Shown here piece after piece: positions 38,467-48,321 of a stretch of 58,433 nt of DNA. The position numbers and the translations under genes were made by a program. Every line of letters starts with the position of its first letter. Position 1 is the first letter of the stretch. The notes under the pieces are model-generated. The model was not told the origin of the DNA, searched no databases, and saw only the letters and a program-made list of their open reading frames with translations. Origin of the DNA: Candidatus Bathyarchaeota archaeon (GTDB lineage Archaea; Thermoproteota; Bathyarchaeia; 40CM-2-53-6); assembly GCA_005883075.1 (NCBI GenBank), contig VBAX01000051.1, forward strand, positions 1-58,433, in the 5' to 3' direction.

Positions 38467-38901
38467 TTGGCTCGAAAGATTACCCTGAACATGTACATGA
38501 CACTCGCTGGGTACGGAGAGTTCCCCAAGTATCCTGGGTCCGACATTCAGTCGAAGGAACCCGGTAAGGGGTTCACCGACATGTGGATCAACCGGTATGA
38601 TTTGGTGGACACGATCTTGTACGGTCGGCGGTCCTATGAGGGTCACCTTACCTACCACTCAGAATCCGCGCGGAAGGCATCTGATCCAAAATATCTCTTC
38701 GAGTTCTCACGCTTCCTGGATCGTACTCAGAAAATTGTCCTCTCTCACTCCCTGAAGAAGACCGATTGGCAAAACTCTAGGATAATGAAGAGTCTCAAAC
38801 ATGGAGAGTTGATGCTACGCTACGAGACGGTCCCGATAGATGATGCCGAGATAGCCCGCGAGTGGATTCGAACCTCTGTAATGCACCTGGAGCAGATGTG
38901 A
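38467..38901 (+). pseudogene. Dihydrofolate reductase/RibD-C-like gene, apparently internally deleted
   Basis: RKITLNMYMTLAGY, DTILYGRRSYE, KIVLSHSL..WQNS, then jumps to GELMLRY; central GG-motif region missing. Confidence 0.55.
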
Positions 38902-39006
38902 ATCCATTGGACTCGGTCACTATCCTCCCCACCCCCAGCGCGGGATGCACTTCCAGATAGTCCCGATTGGCTAGCCTGATATTTTCGGTTACGCGTTTGG
39001 GTTCGT

Positions 39007-39879
39007 TTAAGTGAATTCCTTTCTCTCGAAGAAAAGAAGGCCAAGTACTGCAGTGACAACAAAGTAGCCAACCAGTATAGCGATCCCCTCTGGGATACTC
39101 ACAGCGAATACCCTCGAAGTGTCCCCTCGGAATCCTCCCCTCACAGTCTGAGTTGTGGGATACGGATCTGTGAGCACGTTGCCGATTATTCCTGACCCGT
39201 AGGTAATAATGAACCAAGGTTCTACTTGGGCAAGTGTTGAGACAATCACCTGAATGAGCGAGAAGGCAAAGAGAAAGAGGATGGCGGTTACAAGAATGGA
39301 CATCGAACTACTTTTGAAAAGTGAGCTGAAGAAGAAGGTGAAACCGAGTACGGCGATCAGATAGAGCACCGAGAAGATGAGTGACTCGCCAAACTGGTAG
39401 GGTAGGTTTGCACCGAAGTAGTAGATGCCATTGCCTATGGCGATTGCGGCATAGATGGCGAGTATGATCAGCGATGCTGTCAAGGCGGCGATCCACTTGC
39501 CAACATAGATTGAGGATCGTCGTAAGGGGTTTCCGACAAGGAAATAGCCTGTCTTGTTCTGGAACTCGCCCGATATTGCGTCTCCTCCGAAAAATATTCC
39601 TGAGAGGATAACGACTAGAGTGATGGAGTTACCCCACCAGAAAGAGTAGAATCCGAGGGCTGCGGTTGCGAAGCTGCTGACGCCATAGTATGCAACTAGT
39701 GCTGTGAAAATGGAACTTATGATAAGGTCGATTATCAGAAGGATGAAGAACCTTCGGGATCTGAAATAGTTCAAAAGTTCGTATTTGGTCATCACTCCGA
39801 TTTGGGCGATGCTACTTGGGAGATTTGGGAGGACTACTGGATCTGCTTTGAGGGATGAGCTGCTCATGTTTCTTGTCAC
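39007..39879 (-). CDS. ABC-2 type exporter permease
   Basis: DAISGEFQNKTGYFL..PLRRSSIYVGK. Confidence 0.9.
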   Translation of the reverse strand: MTRNMSSSSLKADPVVLPNLPSSIAQIGVMTKYELLNYFRSRRFFILLIIDLIISSIFTALVAYYGVSSFATAALGFYSFWWGNSITLVVILSGIFFGGDAISGEFQNKTGYFLVGNPLRRSSIYVGKWIAALTASLIILAIYAAIAIGNGIYYFGANLPYQFGESLIFSVLYLIAVLGFTFFFSSLFKSSSMSILVTAILFLFAFSLIQVIVSTLAQVEPWFIITYGSGIIGNVLTDPYPTTQTVRGGFRGDTSRVFAVSIPEGIAILVGYFVVTAVLGLLFFERKEFT

Positions 39880-40829
39880 AGAGTTGCCTTGATCATGTTC
39901 AGATACGTGTCTTCGAGGGCTGAAGAGGATGGATGGAAGCTGACCAGACCGATCTTCAGAGCTACAAGGTCTGAGAGCAACTTTTCTTGATTCTCCAGAG
40001 TGCCAGAGAATTTTATCCTCAAGCTCTTCATTTCCAGTTTTTCGGCCGAAACTACTCCAGACAGAGACGATATGCTCCTGCTAATTGTCTGATCGTCGAT
40101 ATCCCTTGATAATCCTACGTCGATGATGATCTCGCCTCCGTCGCCGGAGAAGCGGGATACGACGTTGTTGAGCTTGTCGTAGACGAGTAGTTTTCCGTGG
40201 TCTATCATGGCGACCTCGTCACATATCTCGGATACCTCGTTCAGTAGGTGTGAGCTCATGAAGATGAGCCGGTTCTTATGCTTGAGCGATTTTACGATCT
40301 CTCTGACCTCGGACATTCCTCTAGGGTCGAGACCGGTGCTAGGCTCGTCTAGGAGGAGGATTTCAGGCTCTGAGAGGAGGGCTGCGGATATGTTGATCCG
40401 CTGTTTCATTCCCTTGGAGAATTTTCCGACTTTCTTGTCTAGCCATTCTTCCATCTTTACCTCTGCAACAACCTCTTCGATTTTCTTCTTTCTATCCGAC
40501 CGCGGCATTCCTCGGATCTCCGCGACCATCGAGAGAGCGTCTCTCGGGGTCAGAGACGGGTAGATCTCCGGGCTTTCGATAAGTGATCCGACGGAGGCGA
40601 GAGCTTTCTTTTTGTTCTCATGCACCGAGATACCGTTGATCAGGGCTTTCCCTTCGGATGCTCTTATCATGTCAGTGAATAGTTTCAGAGTAGTTGTCTT
40701 TCCAGCTCCGTTCGGCCCGAGAAAACCGACGCATTTCGAACCCTCAATCTTCAGGTTGAGATTGGATAGCGCGGAAAACGAGCCGTACCGTTTTGACAGA
40801 TTTACAGCTTCAATAGAAGGGCTGGACAA
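39876..40829 (-). CDS. ABC transporter ATP-binding protein
   Basis: GPNGAGKTT, FSKGMKQR, LLDEPSTGLDP, SSH. Confidence 0.95.
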   Translation of the reverse strand: MSSPSIEAVNLSKRYGSFSALSNLNLKIEGSKCVGFLGPNGAGKTTTLKLFTDMIRASEGKALINGISVHENKKKALASVGSLIESPEIYPSLTPRDALSMVAEIRGMPRSDRKKKIEEVVAEVKMEEWLDKKVGKFSKGMKQRINISAALLSEPEILLLDEPSTGLDPRGMSEVREIVKSLKHKNRLIFMSSHLLNEVSEICDEVAMIDHGKLLVYDKLNNVVSRFSGDGGEIIIDVGLSRDIDDQTISRSISSLSGVVSAEKLEMKSLRIKFSGTLENQEKLLSDLVALKIGLVSFHPSSSALEDTYLNMIKATL

Positions 40830-41066
40830 GCCAGAATCTCCTAGGATTTCAATCCCCGATTCATGAGAAGTATTCTAACGGCGTCCAATGTTTCACGAGG
40901 TGGATAATAGAGACAGTGCTCAAAATACCCATTATTTAGACACTTTTCTTCTCTAAAAAAACCAACAAAGGCGTGTCTCCGTTTCTGGCGTAAGAGTGCG
41001 TGTCTGGTTGAGATTCAAAGTTTAAAGGAATGATAGGCTTCCAAACGCTCCGAGCATCTGTTCGGT

Positions 41067-42260
41067 TTGACGAGTACTATTCTTCCGCGTTCGGCTGACT
41101 ACGAGGTCAAGTTGACCCCGGACCACGAGAGCCTCCGGAACACTATCCGTGATTTTGCCGAGAAACAGATCCGGCCGATAGCAGGCGAGATCGATCGGAA
41201 GAACCACATTCCACGAGAGTTGCTCAACCAGATTGCAAAGCTCGGCGTGACAGCCATCACCTACAAAGAAGAGTACGGTGGGCTCGGTGCGGACCTATTA
41301 TCAATGGTCATTGCGCTCGAGGAACTGGCTCGCGTCTCAGCCGCTTGCTCAACGGTCTTCGTTGCTAGCCATCTTGTTTCTGAGCCATTGAACGAGTGGG
41401 GGACGGAAGAGCAGAAGAAACGCTACCTCATCCCGATGGTCGCGGGCGAGAAGATTGGGGCTCACGCAATGACCGAGCCCGGCGCTGGGTCGGACGTAGC
41501 AGGAATCAAGTCCACAGCGAAACTTCACGGGACCCACTGGGAGATATCAGGGCGGAAGACGTTCATCACAAACGGTGAGATAGCCGACCTATACCTTGTC
41601 TTCGCTAGGACGAGCCCGTCGCCCAGCAGACAGGAGAGACACAAAGGTCTCAGCGCGTTTCTAGTCGAGCGAGGAACGGAAGGATTCCAGGTAGCAAGCA
41701 AGATCGAGACAACCGGATTGCGCGGCTCGCAACCATCCGAGCTAGTTCTTGACCATGTGAAGGTTCCCAAGGACAATTTGCTGGGAAAAGAGGGTGATGG
41801 CTTCTATGTCGGAGTAAAGACCTACGACAGAGGCAGGATAGACGTCGCAGCACAGGGAGTCGGGATTTGTCAAGCCGCGTACGAGGCTGCTGTGAGCTAC
41901 GCGCAGACCCGAATCAGTTTTGAGAAGCCGTTGGTCGAGTTTCAACAAGTACAGTACAAGTTGGCGGAGATGGCTATGGGATTGCATACTGCTCGATTGT
42001 TGACTTATTGGGCCGCATCGTTGAAGGATCAGGGAAAAGATTTCGTCAAGGCTTCGTCGATCGCGAAGGTTACCTCGACAGAAGCGGCAGAAAAACTGTC
42101 GCTGCTTGCAATGATGATACATGGCGGTTATGGTGTCGCGACGGAATATCCGGTGGAACGGTTTCTGCGGGACTCGCAGATCATCAAGACCTACGAGGGC
42201 ACCAACGATATTCAGAGATTAACGATTGCAAAACAGCTATTGCGGGAACTGAAAGCATAG
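41067..42260 (+). CDS. Acyl-CoA dehydrogenase
   Basis: AMTEPGAGSD, GRKTFITNG, HGGYG, YEGTNDIQRL. Confidence 0.95.
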   Translation: MTSTILPRSADYEVKLTPDHESLRNTIRDFAEKQIRPIAGEIDRKNHIPRELLNQIAKLGVTAITYKEEYGGLGADLLSMVIALEELARVSAACSTVFVASHLVSEPLNEWGTEEQKKRYLIPMVAGEKIGAHAMTEPGAGSDVAGIKSTAKLHGTHWEISGRKTFITNGEIADLYLVFARTSPSPSRQERHKGLSAFLVERGTEGFQVASKIETTGLRGSQPSELVLDHVKVPKDNLLGKEGDGFYVGVKTYDRGRIDVAAQGVGICQAAYEAAVSYAQTRISFEKPLVEFQQVQYKLAEMAMGLHTARLLTYWAASLKDQGKDFVKASSIAKVTSTEAAEKLSLLAMMIHGGYGVATEYPVERFLRDSQIIKTYEGTNDIQRLTIAKQLLRELKA

Positions 42261-42281
42261 ACCTAACTTCTGGCTCTAAAC

Positions 42282-43155
42282 TTGAGGTTCATTCTCTCAG
42301 GTCTCGGAAACTGGTACAACGGCTGGAGCCTGACGGATCAAGCGGTTCAGCTTGCTGACAAGCTCGGATTCTGGGGTGCAGTTATCCCAGACCACTACAT
42401 GTGGGCCGAAGCCTACGGACAGCCGCAGAAAGATTCAACTCTAGAAAGCTGGATCGCCCTCAGCTACCTCGCAGCCAAGACCCAGAATATCAAGCTCGGA
42501 ACCATTGTCACCCCGATACCGTTCCGTCCACCGGCAATGCTGGCCAAAATGGTGTCCACAATGGACGTGTTGTCGTCTGGACGCGCAGTCCTCGGAGTAG
42601 GAGCCGGATGGTCCCAGACAGAATTCGAAGGCTACAGCATTCGAAGGCTACAGCACATGGGACGATCCGAAAACACGGGTCGACAAGACCCGGGAAGGCG
42701 TGGAACTAATTCTCGAGCTCTGGCAGAAGCCACAAGTTGAGTTCAAAGGAAAATACTATCATGCGAAAGGTGCGATTCTAGATCCTAAACCAGTTCAGAA
42801 GCCCCACCCGCCTCTAATGTTCGGAGGCGTCGGGACACGAATGCTACGGCTTGCGGGCCAGTACTCTGACATCTGCCACATCCCACCGTGGGTCCATGTT
42901 CCCATGGAGAAGGCACGATCCACCGTCAAGCAAGAGGCACGAAGATTCCATTGAGAGGACAAGATAGCTTTTGCAGCCGGGTCCGTTGCCAACCGAGACC
43001 AAAAATTCGATCTAAAAGCCGTCGGTCAAGACGTGGAAAAGGCCACAAAAGACGGAGCACTATACTACATTGCACCTCTCCATCGTATAGGATATCTTGA
43101 CAACCTGAAAGAATTCGCCAAGAGCATCATACCCTCCTATTCAGGACCGGACTAG
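42282..43155 (+). pseudogene. LLM-class (luciferase-like) flavin oxidoreductase, disrupted
   Basis: PDHY, SYLAAKTQNIKLGT, GVGAGW, PKPVQKPHPP; 16-bp tandem duplication 42623-42654 shifts frame; in-frame TGA at 42952-42954. Confidence 0.85.
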
Positions 43156-43165
43156 AATAAGCAGG

Positions 43166-44196
43166 CTGCAGATTCCCAGAGGAGCTGGCGACGCATTATC
43201 CGCATGGAACATAGGTGAAATACTAACGTGCGGGCTCGTCAAGAGAGGTGCGGTAAATCACAATTTCATAATTGGCTCGTCCGAGGGGAAATATATCCTA
43301 CGACAGGTTTCCCACGTTCATCACAAAAGCTCTCGTGACTTGGAGTTCGAACTATCCTACCTTGCCTATCTCAAACAGTCGGATTTCCCCATATAGAGTT
43401 CCATCAGCAATTCCCACCAGGAATGGAAGCCTATTCGTAACCGTTCAAGACCACTACTACTGGCTCTACAAGTTTCTCGAAGGCAGAGTCGTTGAGAGGC
43501 TCAACCGGTCACATCTCGCACAACTCGCGCAGATGATGACGCGGTACCACGCTCTGATCGAAAAATCAAACCTCCACAATGGAAAACCGGCTTCGGACTT
43601 GTACAATCGATCTGTCACGTTGAGAGAGATCGAAGAATATCGGAAAAAAAATTCTGCGAAAAACCAAAGCGAATCCTAAGGAGAACGCGTTTCTTGCAGA
43701 GTTCGCAAGGCTTACCCCGATATTGCGTGGCTTCGATGACGATCCTCGGTCGAGCATCGAGTTGTATCCTATTCACAGCGACCTTATCTCAGAAAATCTG
43801 CTCTGGAAACAGGGCAAGCTAGCCGGGGTCATTGACTTCGAGCACGTCAGCGAGACAAACGATCCCATTGTCAAAGACCTCGCTGTGACAATGCAATACT
43901 GCTGCCGAGACAATAAGGTCAAGAATCGGCTGGACATAGATTCCGCAAGCCGTTTCTTACAGGCGTACAGGGAATATCACCCTTTATCCAACAAAGAGGT
44001 TGTATTGATTCCAGACCTAATAACCGCGGGTTTCGCAGAGGATTTTGTCTTCGCGTTTTGGATGATAAGAAATGATCCGAAAAGGGCGAAACAATCCGAA
44101 GAGGAGGACTACGGGCTGACCATGTATTCGAGGGCTGCCCAGTGGAGCCATTCGAACAGGGAACGAATCACCCAGTCCTTTCTGAACGAGAAATAA
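43166..44196 (+). pseudogene. APH/homoserine kinase type II-like phosphotransferase with two frameshifts (start approximate)
   Basis: GAVNHNF..KYILR, IHSDLISENLL, GVIDFE; frame changes at C-run ~43387-43390 and A-run ~43644-43651. Confidence 0.75.
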
Positions 44197-44371
44197 GTCA
44201 CCAGCGGGTCCAACCGGTAAGAATCGGTGGAGAAATTATCAAATCCTGACAAACTGCCCGCACTATTTGCTGTCTCGTGAGCGAAGGTTACAATCTTCTC
44301 ATATCGACGGGAGCTAGCGATGGCTGGCCGAGTTAGGGGTTCAGGTTGCCGGGAACGGTCGATCGGAGAAA

Positions 44372-45157
44372 ATGAGGCAACGTACCGGGGTTAATGAGTT
44401 AGACGAAATGCTGTGCGGAGGCTTCCTACCAGGAGATGCCGTACTGCTTGCAGGTGGGGCGGGGACGGGGAAAACCACTCTTGCGCTCCAACATCTAGTG
44501 AACGGGGCAACACAGTTCGGAGAGAGCGGAATCTATCTAACCTTTGAACAATTACCTAATCAGATTTACAGAGACAGCCAGGCCCTTGGATGGGACATAC
44601 GCAGGCTTGAGGATGAGGACAAGTTCCGATTGATCTGTACCTCTCCAAACATTCTCTTGGAGGATGGTGGTGGAGAGAACATCCTCTCAGAACCGATCAA
44701 AGAGATCAATGCACAAAGGATTGTGGTTGACAGTCTAAGCCACCTGGCTATGTTCACGGGCCACAATGAGTTGAGAAGGGAACTCTATCGTTTGATCATG
44801 TTGTTGAAGGCCAAGGGTCTTGGCTCCCTACTCATTTGGGAGAGCGACGAACGATCTGACCAATCGAAAGCATTGGCCGACGGGGGCATCAGCTTCCTCG
44901 TGGATTGCATCGTCTCCCTCAAACCCGTGGAGATAGAGTCCACGATTCGAAAAGCATTGGTTGTCTGGAAAATGCGGGGTAGCGACCATGATAAGCGATT
45001 GAGGCAGTACGAGATTACCTCCCACGGTATCGAGGTCTCTTCACCCTTCACAAATTACGAGGGCCTCCTAACCGGAAGTCCAAGGCGGTCCATGACCGAA
45101 GACGCCGCGAATAACTGGGCGATGGCCTTTGCCAAGAACAAACAGAAACATTCCTGA
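44372..45157 (+). CDS. Single-domain KaiC-like (RAD55) ATPase
   Basis: TGVNELDEMLCGG, GGAGTGKTT, VVDSLS, KMRGSDHD. Confidence 0.92.
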   Translation: MRQRTGVNELDEMLCGGFLPGDAVLLAGGAGTGKTTLALQHLVNGATQFGESGIYLTFEQLPNQIYRDSQALGWDIRRLEDEDKFRLICTSPNILLEDGGGENILSEPIKEINAQRIVVDSLSHLAMFTGHNELRRELYRLIMLLKAKGLGSLLIWESDERSDQSKALADGGISFLVDCIVSLKPVEIESTIRKALVVWKMRGSDHDKRLRQYEITSHGIEVSSPFTNYEGLLTGSPRRSMTEDAANNWAMAFAKNKQKHS

Positions 45158-46013
45158 ACCAACCTCAACAGGGCAAGTCGGACGGACCTCTGCAACTATT
45201 CCCCCGCATTGGAAACCCAACCTGATCGTCGCGATTCCCCTCCCCGTTGTAATAGCGTCAGTAGTTGTGTTCAACATTATCCTGCCGCCTCCAGCACAGT
45301 TTAGCAAGGGGTTAGCGTTTGAACCCCCATTCCTGAACGCGATCTTGTATACAGTCTTCCTCGCATTCACATCGTTCATGGTCGGCTACATTTCTTTCAA
45401 GAGCTACATGCAGAACGGCTGGACGTTCCTTGTCCTAATGGGAAGTGGCGCATTGGCGTGGGGGTCAACCTCTCTCCTCTCAGGTTGGCTGACGAACCTT
45501 CCCAGTGGACCAAATGCAGCAATAACAATTTCGAACACTGGGGCGCTCGTTGCATCGCTATTCCATTTCGCGAGCACAACCTGGTCCAAAGGACCCTCGC
45601 TGAAGAAGGACCCTCGGCTTCGAAGGTCAATATTGGTCCTCGCGTACGGCGGGGTTCTTACATTTACGACTCTGCTCACCGTCGCCGCACTAGAAGGGCT
45701 AACTCCGCTGTTCTTCGTTCCTGGAGTCGGCCAGACAACTCTACGAATGGCTGTTCTCGGAAGCGCAGCGGCTCTATTCCTAGTATCATCGATCCTCTTT
45801 GCCAGACGCTACTTCTCTTCTAAGTCGAGGTCAAGCACTCTTTACTGGTACGTCCTAGCCCTCGGACTAACAGGAGTAGGAATAGCCGCAGTCTTCTTCG
45901 GAAGAGCTCCTGGTGATCCGATCTCATGGACAGGGAGAACTTCGATGTTCCTAGGAGGAACGTATTTCCTCAAAGCCGTTCACACAGCCTTCAAGGGAAT
46001 AGGCATACATTAG
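45129..46013 (+). CDS. Multi-pass membrane protein, possible sensor
   Basis: About 8 TM segments; overlaps the end of the KaiC-like gene. Confidence 0.7.
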   Translation: MPRTNRNIPEPTSTGQVGRTSATIPPHWKPNLIVAIPLPVVIASVVVFNIILPPPAQFSKGLAFEPPFLNAILYTVFLAFTSFMVGYISFKSYMQNGWTFLVLMGSGALAWGSTSLLSGWLTNLPSGPNAAITISNTGALVASLFHFASTTWSKGPSLKKDPRLRRSILVLAYGGVLTFTTLLTVAALEGLTPLFFVPGVGQTTLRMAVLGSAAALFLVSSILFARRYFSSKSRSSTLYWYVLALGLTGVGIAAVFFGRAPGDPISWTGRTSMFLGGTYFLKAVHTAFKGIGIH

Positions 46014-46073
46014 ACGGCCTAGAAAACTTAGAAATCTCGAGATCCTCCATGTTATCGCGAGCGGTGGGCACTC

Positions 46074-46556
46074 GTGAGGATATGTGTTATCTCTGATACT
46101 CACACGCACTCGATCGACAACCTTCCCCGGGAGGTCCTCGGCGAGCTATCCGGTGCAGATATGATCATTCACGCGGGGGATTTCACCAGCAAACGGCTTG
46201 TGGACGCTCTACGTAAGATAGGCCCATTCAGAGGAGTTTACGGGAACATTGACGGGCCTGAGGTCAGGAAAGAATTGCCAGCGATCGACACCATACGGGC
46301 AGAGGATTTCATGATAGGTGTGAACCATCCTGCTGAGGGAGGCTCTCCGCATACCCTACAGCATAGATTGAGGCCCAAGTTCCCAGGGGTCCAAGCGATT
46401 ATTCATGGTCACACTCATCGGACTAAGAACGATTTTCGGGACGGCGTTCTCTGGTTCAATCCTGGTAGCGCAACGGGAAGGTTTCCTGCGACGAAGAAAA
46501 CTTACGGAATTCTAACAATCAATAAGGAGATTCGCGGAGAAATCATCACACTCTAA
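46074..46556 (+). CDS. YfcE/MJ0936-type metallophosphoesterase
   Basis: ISDTH, HAGD, GNID, HGHTH, NPGS. Confidence 0.93.
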   Translation: MRICVISDTHTHSIDNLPREVLGELSGADMIIHAGDFTSKRLVDALRKIGPFRGVYGNIDGPEVRKELPAIDTIRAEDFMIGVNHPAEGGSPHTLQHRLRPKFPGVQAIIHGHTHRTKNDFRDGVLWFNPGSATGRFPATKKTYGILTINKEIRGEIITL

Positions 46557-46673
46557 GCAGTTTGACAAGTTAGACCTGCCTGACACGCGATGCGTTCGAA
46601 CAAGACCCATCCTTAGGAGCTAGCCTGGAGAGAAGCGAGGTGGGCGGAACCTTCCCCACCACTCCCTGTCGTT

Positions 46674-47246
46674 GTGGATTTCGCGGAGGACTTGAAACGT
46701 GAGGGCGCGAAGAGGGTTCTGGATCTGGGTTGCGGGGCAGGTCGTCATTCCATACTTCTCGGCAAAGAGGGCTTTCAGGTTGTGGCTCTTGACATTTCGG
46801 AGACAGCCCTCCAAACCCTTGAGGCTCGGTTGAAGACTGCTTCGACCGACAACGTCGCTCTTGCCAAGCATGATATGTTGGAGCTGCCGTTCATAGACGA
46901 TTACTTTGACGGTGTGATCTGTACAAACGTTCTCCACCACGGGAAGCTCGTGCAGATCAAGCAGGCGACTAGAGAGGTTCATCGGGTGATGAAGAGGGGA
47001 GCCTCGGCTTTCGTCGTGGCCCTATCGACTGCGGATTTCAGAAGGGGTAACGGGAGGAAACTTGAGCCGAATACCTTCGTTTTTACCGAGGGAGACGAGC
47101 GAGGAATAATCCATCACTTCTTCCCGCGGAAAGAGCTGCAATCCTGTTTCAGAAAATTCGAGATCACATCTTTCGAAGAGAGGATGATCCCTGTTGAAGA
47201 GGGCGGAAACCGTGCCCATTTTCTGGTGAGACTGAGAAAGTCCTAG
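46674..47246 (+). CDS. Class I SAM-dependent methyltransferase (original start likely ATG 46590, interrupted by in-frame TAG 46614-46616)
   Basis: VLDLGCGAGRH, DISE, FDGVIC..VLHH. Confidence 0.85.
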   Translation: MDFAEDLKREGAKRVLDLGCGAGRHSILLGKEGFQVVALDISETALQTLEARLKTASTDNVALAKHDMLELPFIDDYFDGVICTNVLHHGKLVQIKQATREVHRVMKRGASAFVVALSTADFRRGNGRKLEPNTFVFTEGDERGIIHHFFPRKELQSCFRKFEITSFEERMIPVEEGGNRAHFLVRLRKS

Positions 47247-47330
47247 AGACTCGCTCAACAAGTGTCCTGCCCATAATGGAGGCGCGGATCTTACAAAGGT
47301 TTAACCAATCGCGACTATGTCAAAGGTTTC

Positions 47331-48314
47331 ATGTCGGGACAGTGGACACTCCCAATTGAACTGAGAGAGTTCAGACCAGAGGACTACGGGAGACTGGCCC
47401 ACGTCTTTGGTTCAATCTTTCCCGATTACGACCGAACGCCCGAGGAATGGAAGTTTGATGACGAGAGTCTCGACAAGTCGAAGTTCCATTTCAAACGATA
47501 CTCGTGCATAACGAAAGAGAGCGAAGACCCAGTCGGGTTCGCTCAGTGCCAACATATGCCCTGGATGTATCATCCGAAGAAACTCTGGTTCGATATCTGG
47601 GTCGATCCACAGCATCAGAGAAAGGGCATAGGGAGCGCACTCTACGATCGGCTGATCCAGGACTTCAGGGACCTAGGTACTGTCACCTCTTGGACCGGTG
47701 TAAAAGAGGACATGCCCTACCCGATCAAATTCGCTACTAACCGAGGATTCCATGAGAAGATGAGGGCTTGGGAATCACGCCTCAACCCCGCCACGGTCAA
47801 TCTCTCAGCTTTCCAAAAATACGTGGAGAAGGCATCCCAACATCGAATTCGCCTCGTTACATTGGCCAGTGAGATGAAGAGCGACCCGGAATGCTACACC
47901 AAACTTCACGCTCTGGTTCAATCCGTCTCTGAAGATATTCCTCGACCTGAACAGTTCACACCTGTCTCTTTCGAGCAGTGGTCAGCTTTCGAGATGAAGA
48001 ACCCCAACCTAGTCCCCGAAGGCTACATGATAGCGAAAGATGGCGACAAATACGTGGGTATGAGCACTGTATGGAAGGCTCAGAAGGATCTCAAAGGACT
48101 CTATCAGGGACTTACAGGAGTAATTCGAGAATACCGGGGACGGGGAATAGCGGTCGCGTTGAAGCTCAAAGTCATCGAATTCGCAAGAGACAACAAGTAC
48201 GAGAAGCTCAAGACCTGGAACGACTCGACCAACGCACCCATGCTCGGAATCAACATCAAGCTCGGCTTCAAACGAGAAGTAGGCTGGATAACCATGGAGA
48301 AGAACCTGGCCTAG
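47331..48314 (+). CDS. Tandem GNAT acetyltransferase
   Basis: VDPQHQRKGIGSAL and TGVIREYRGRGIAVALK; NAPMLGINIKLGF. Confidence 0.92.
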   Translation: MSGQWTLPIELREFRPEDYGRLAHVFGSIFPDYDRTPEEWKFDDESLDKSKFHFKRYSCITKESEDPVGFAQCQHMPWMYHPKKLWFDIWVDPQHQRKGIGSALYDRLIQDFRDLGTVTSWTGVKEDMPYPIKFATNRGFHEKMRAWESRLNPATVNLSAFQKYVEKASQHRIRLVTLASEMKSDPECYTKLHALVQSVSEDIPRPEQFTPVSFEQWSAFEMKNPNLVPEGYMIAKDGDKYVGMSTVWKAQKDLKGLYQGLTGVIREYRGRGIAVALKLKVIEFARDNKYEKLKTWNDSTNAPMLGINIKLGFKREVGWITMEKNLA

Positions 48315-48321
48315 ACCCAGA

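Noticed and set aside
42952-42954. TGA as selenocysteine
   Set aside because: Gene is already frameshifted and the position is not an evident catalytic Cys; CGA-to-TGA is simpler
38306-47300. Integrated element at tRNA-Pro
   Set aside because: No integrase, and no duplicated tRNA end (att site) seen in the window
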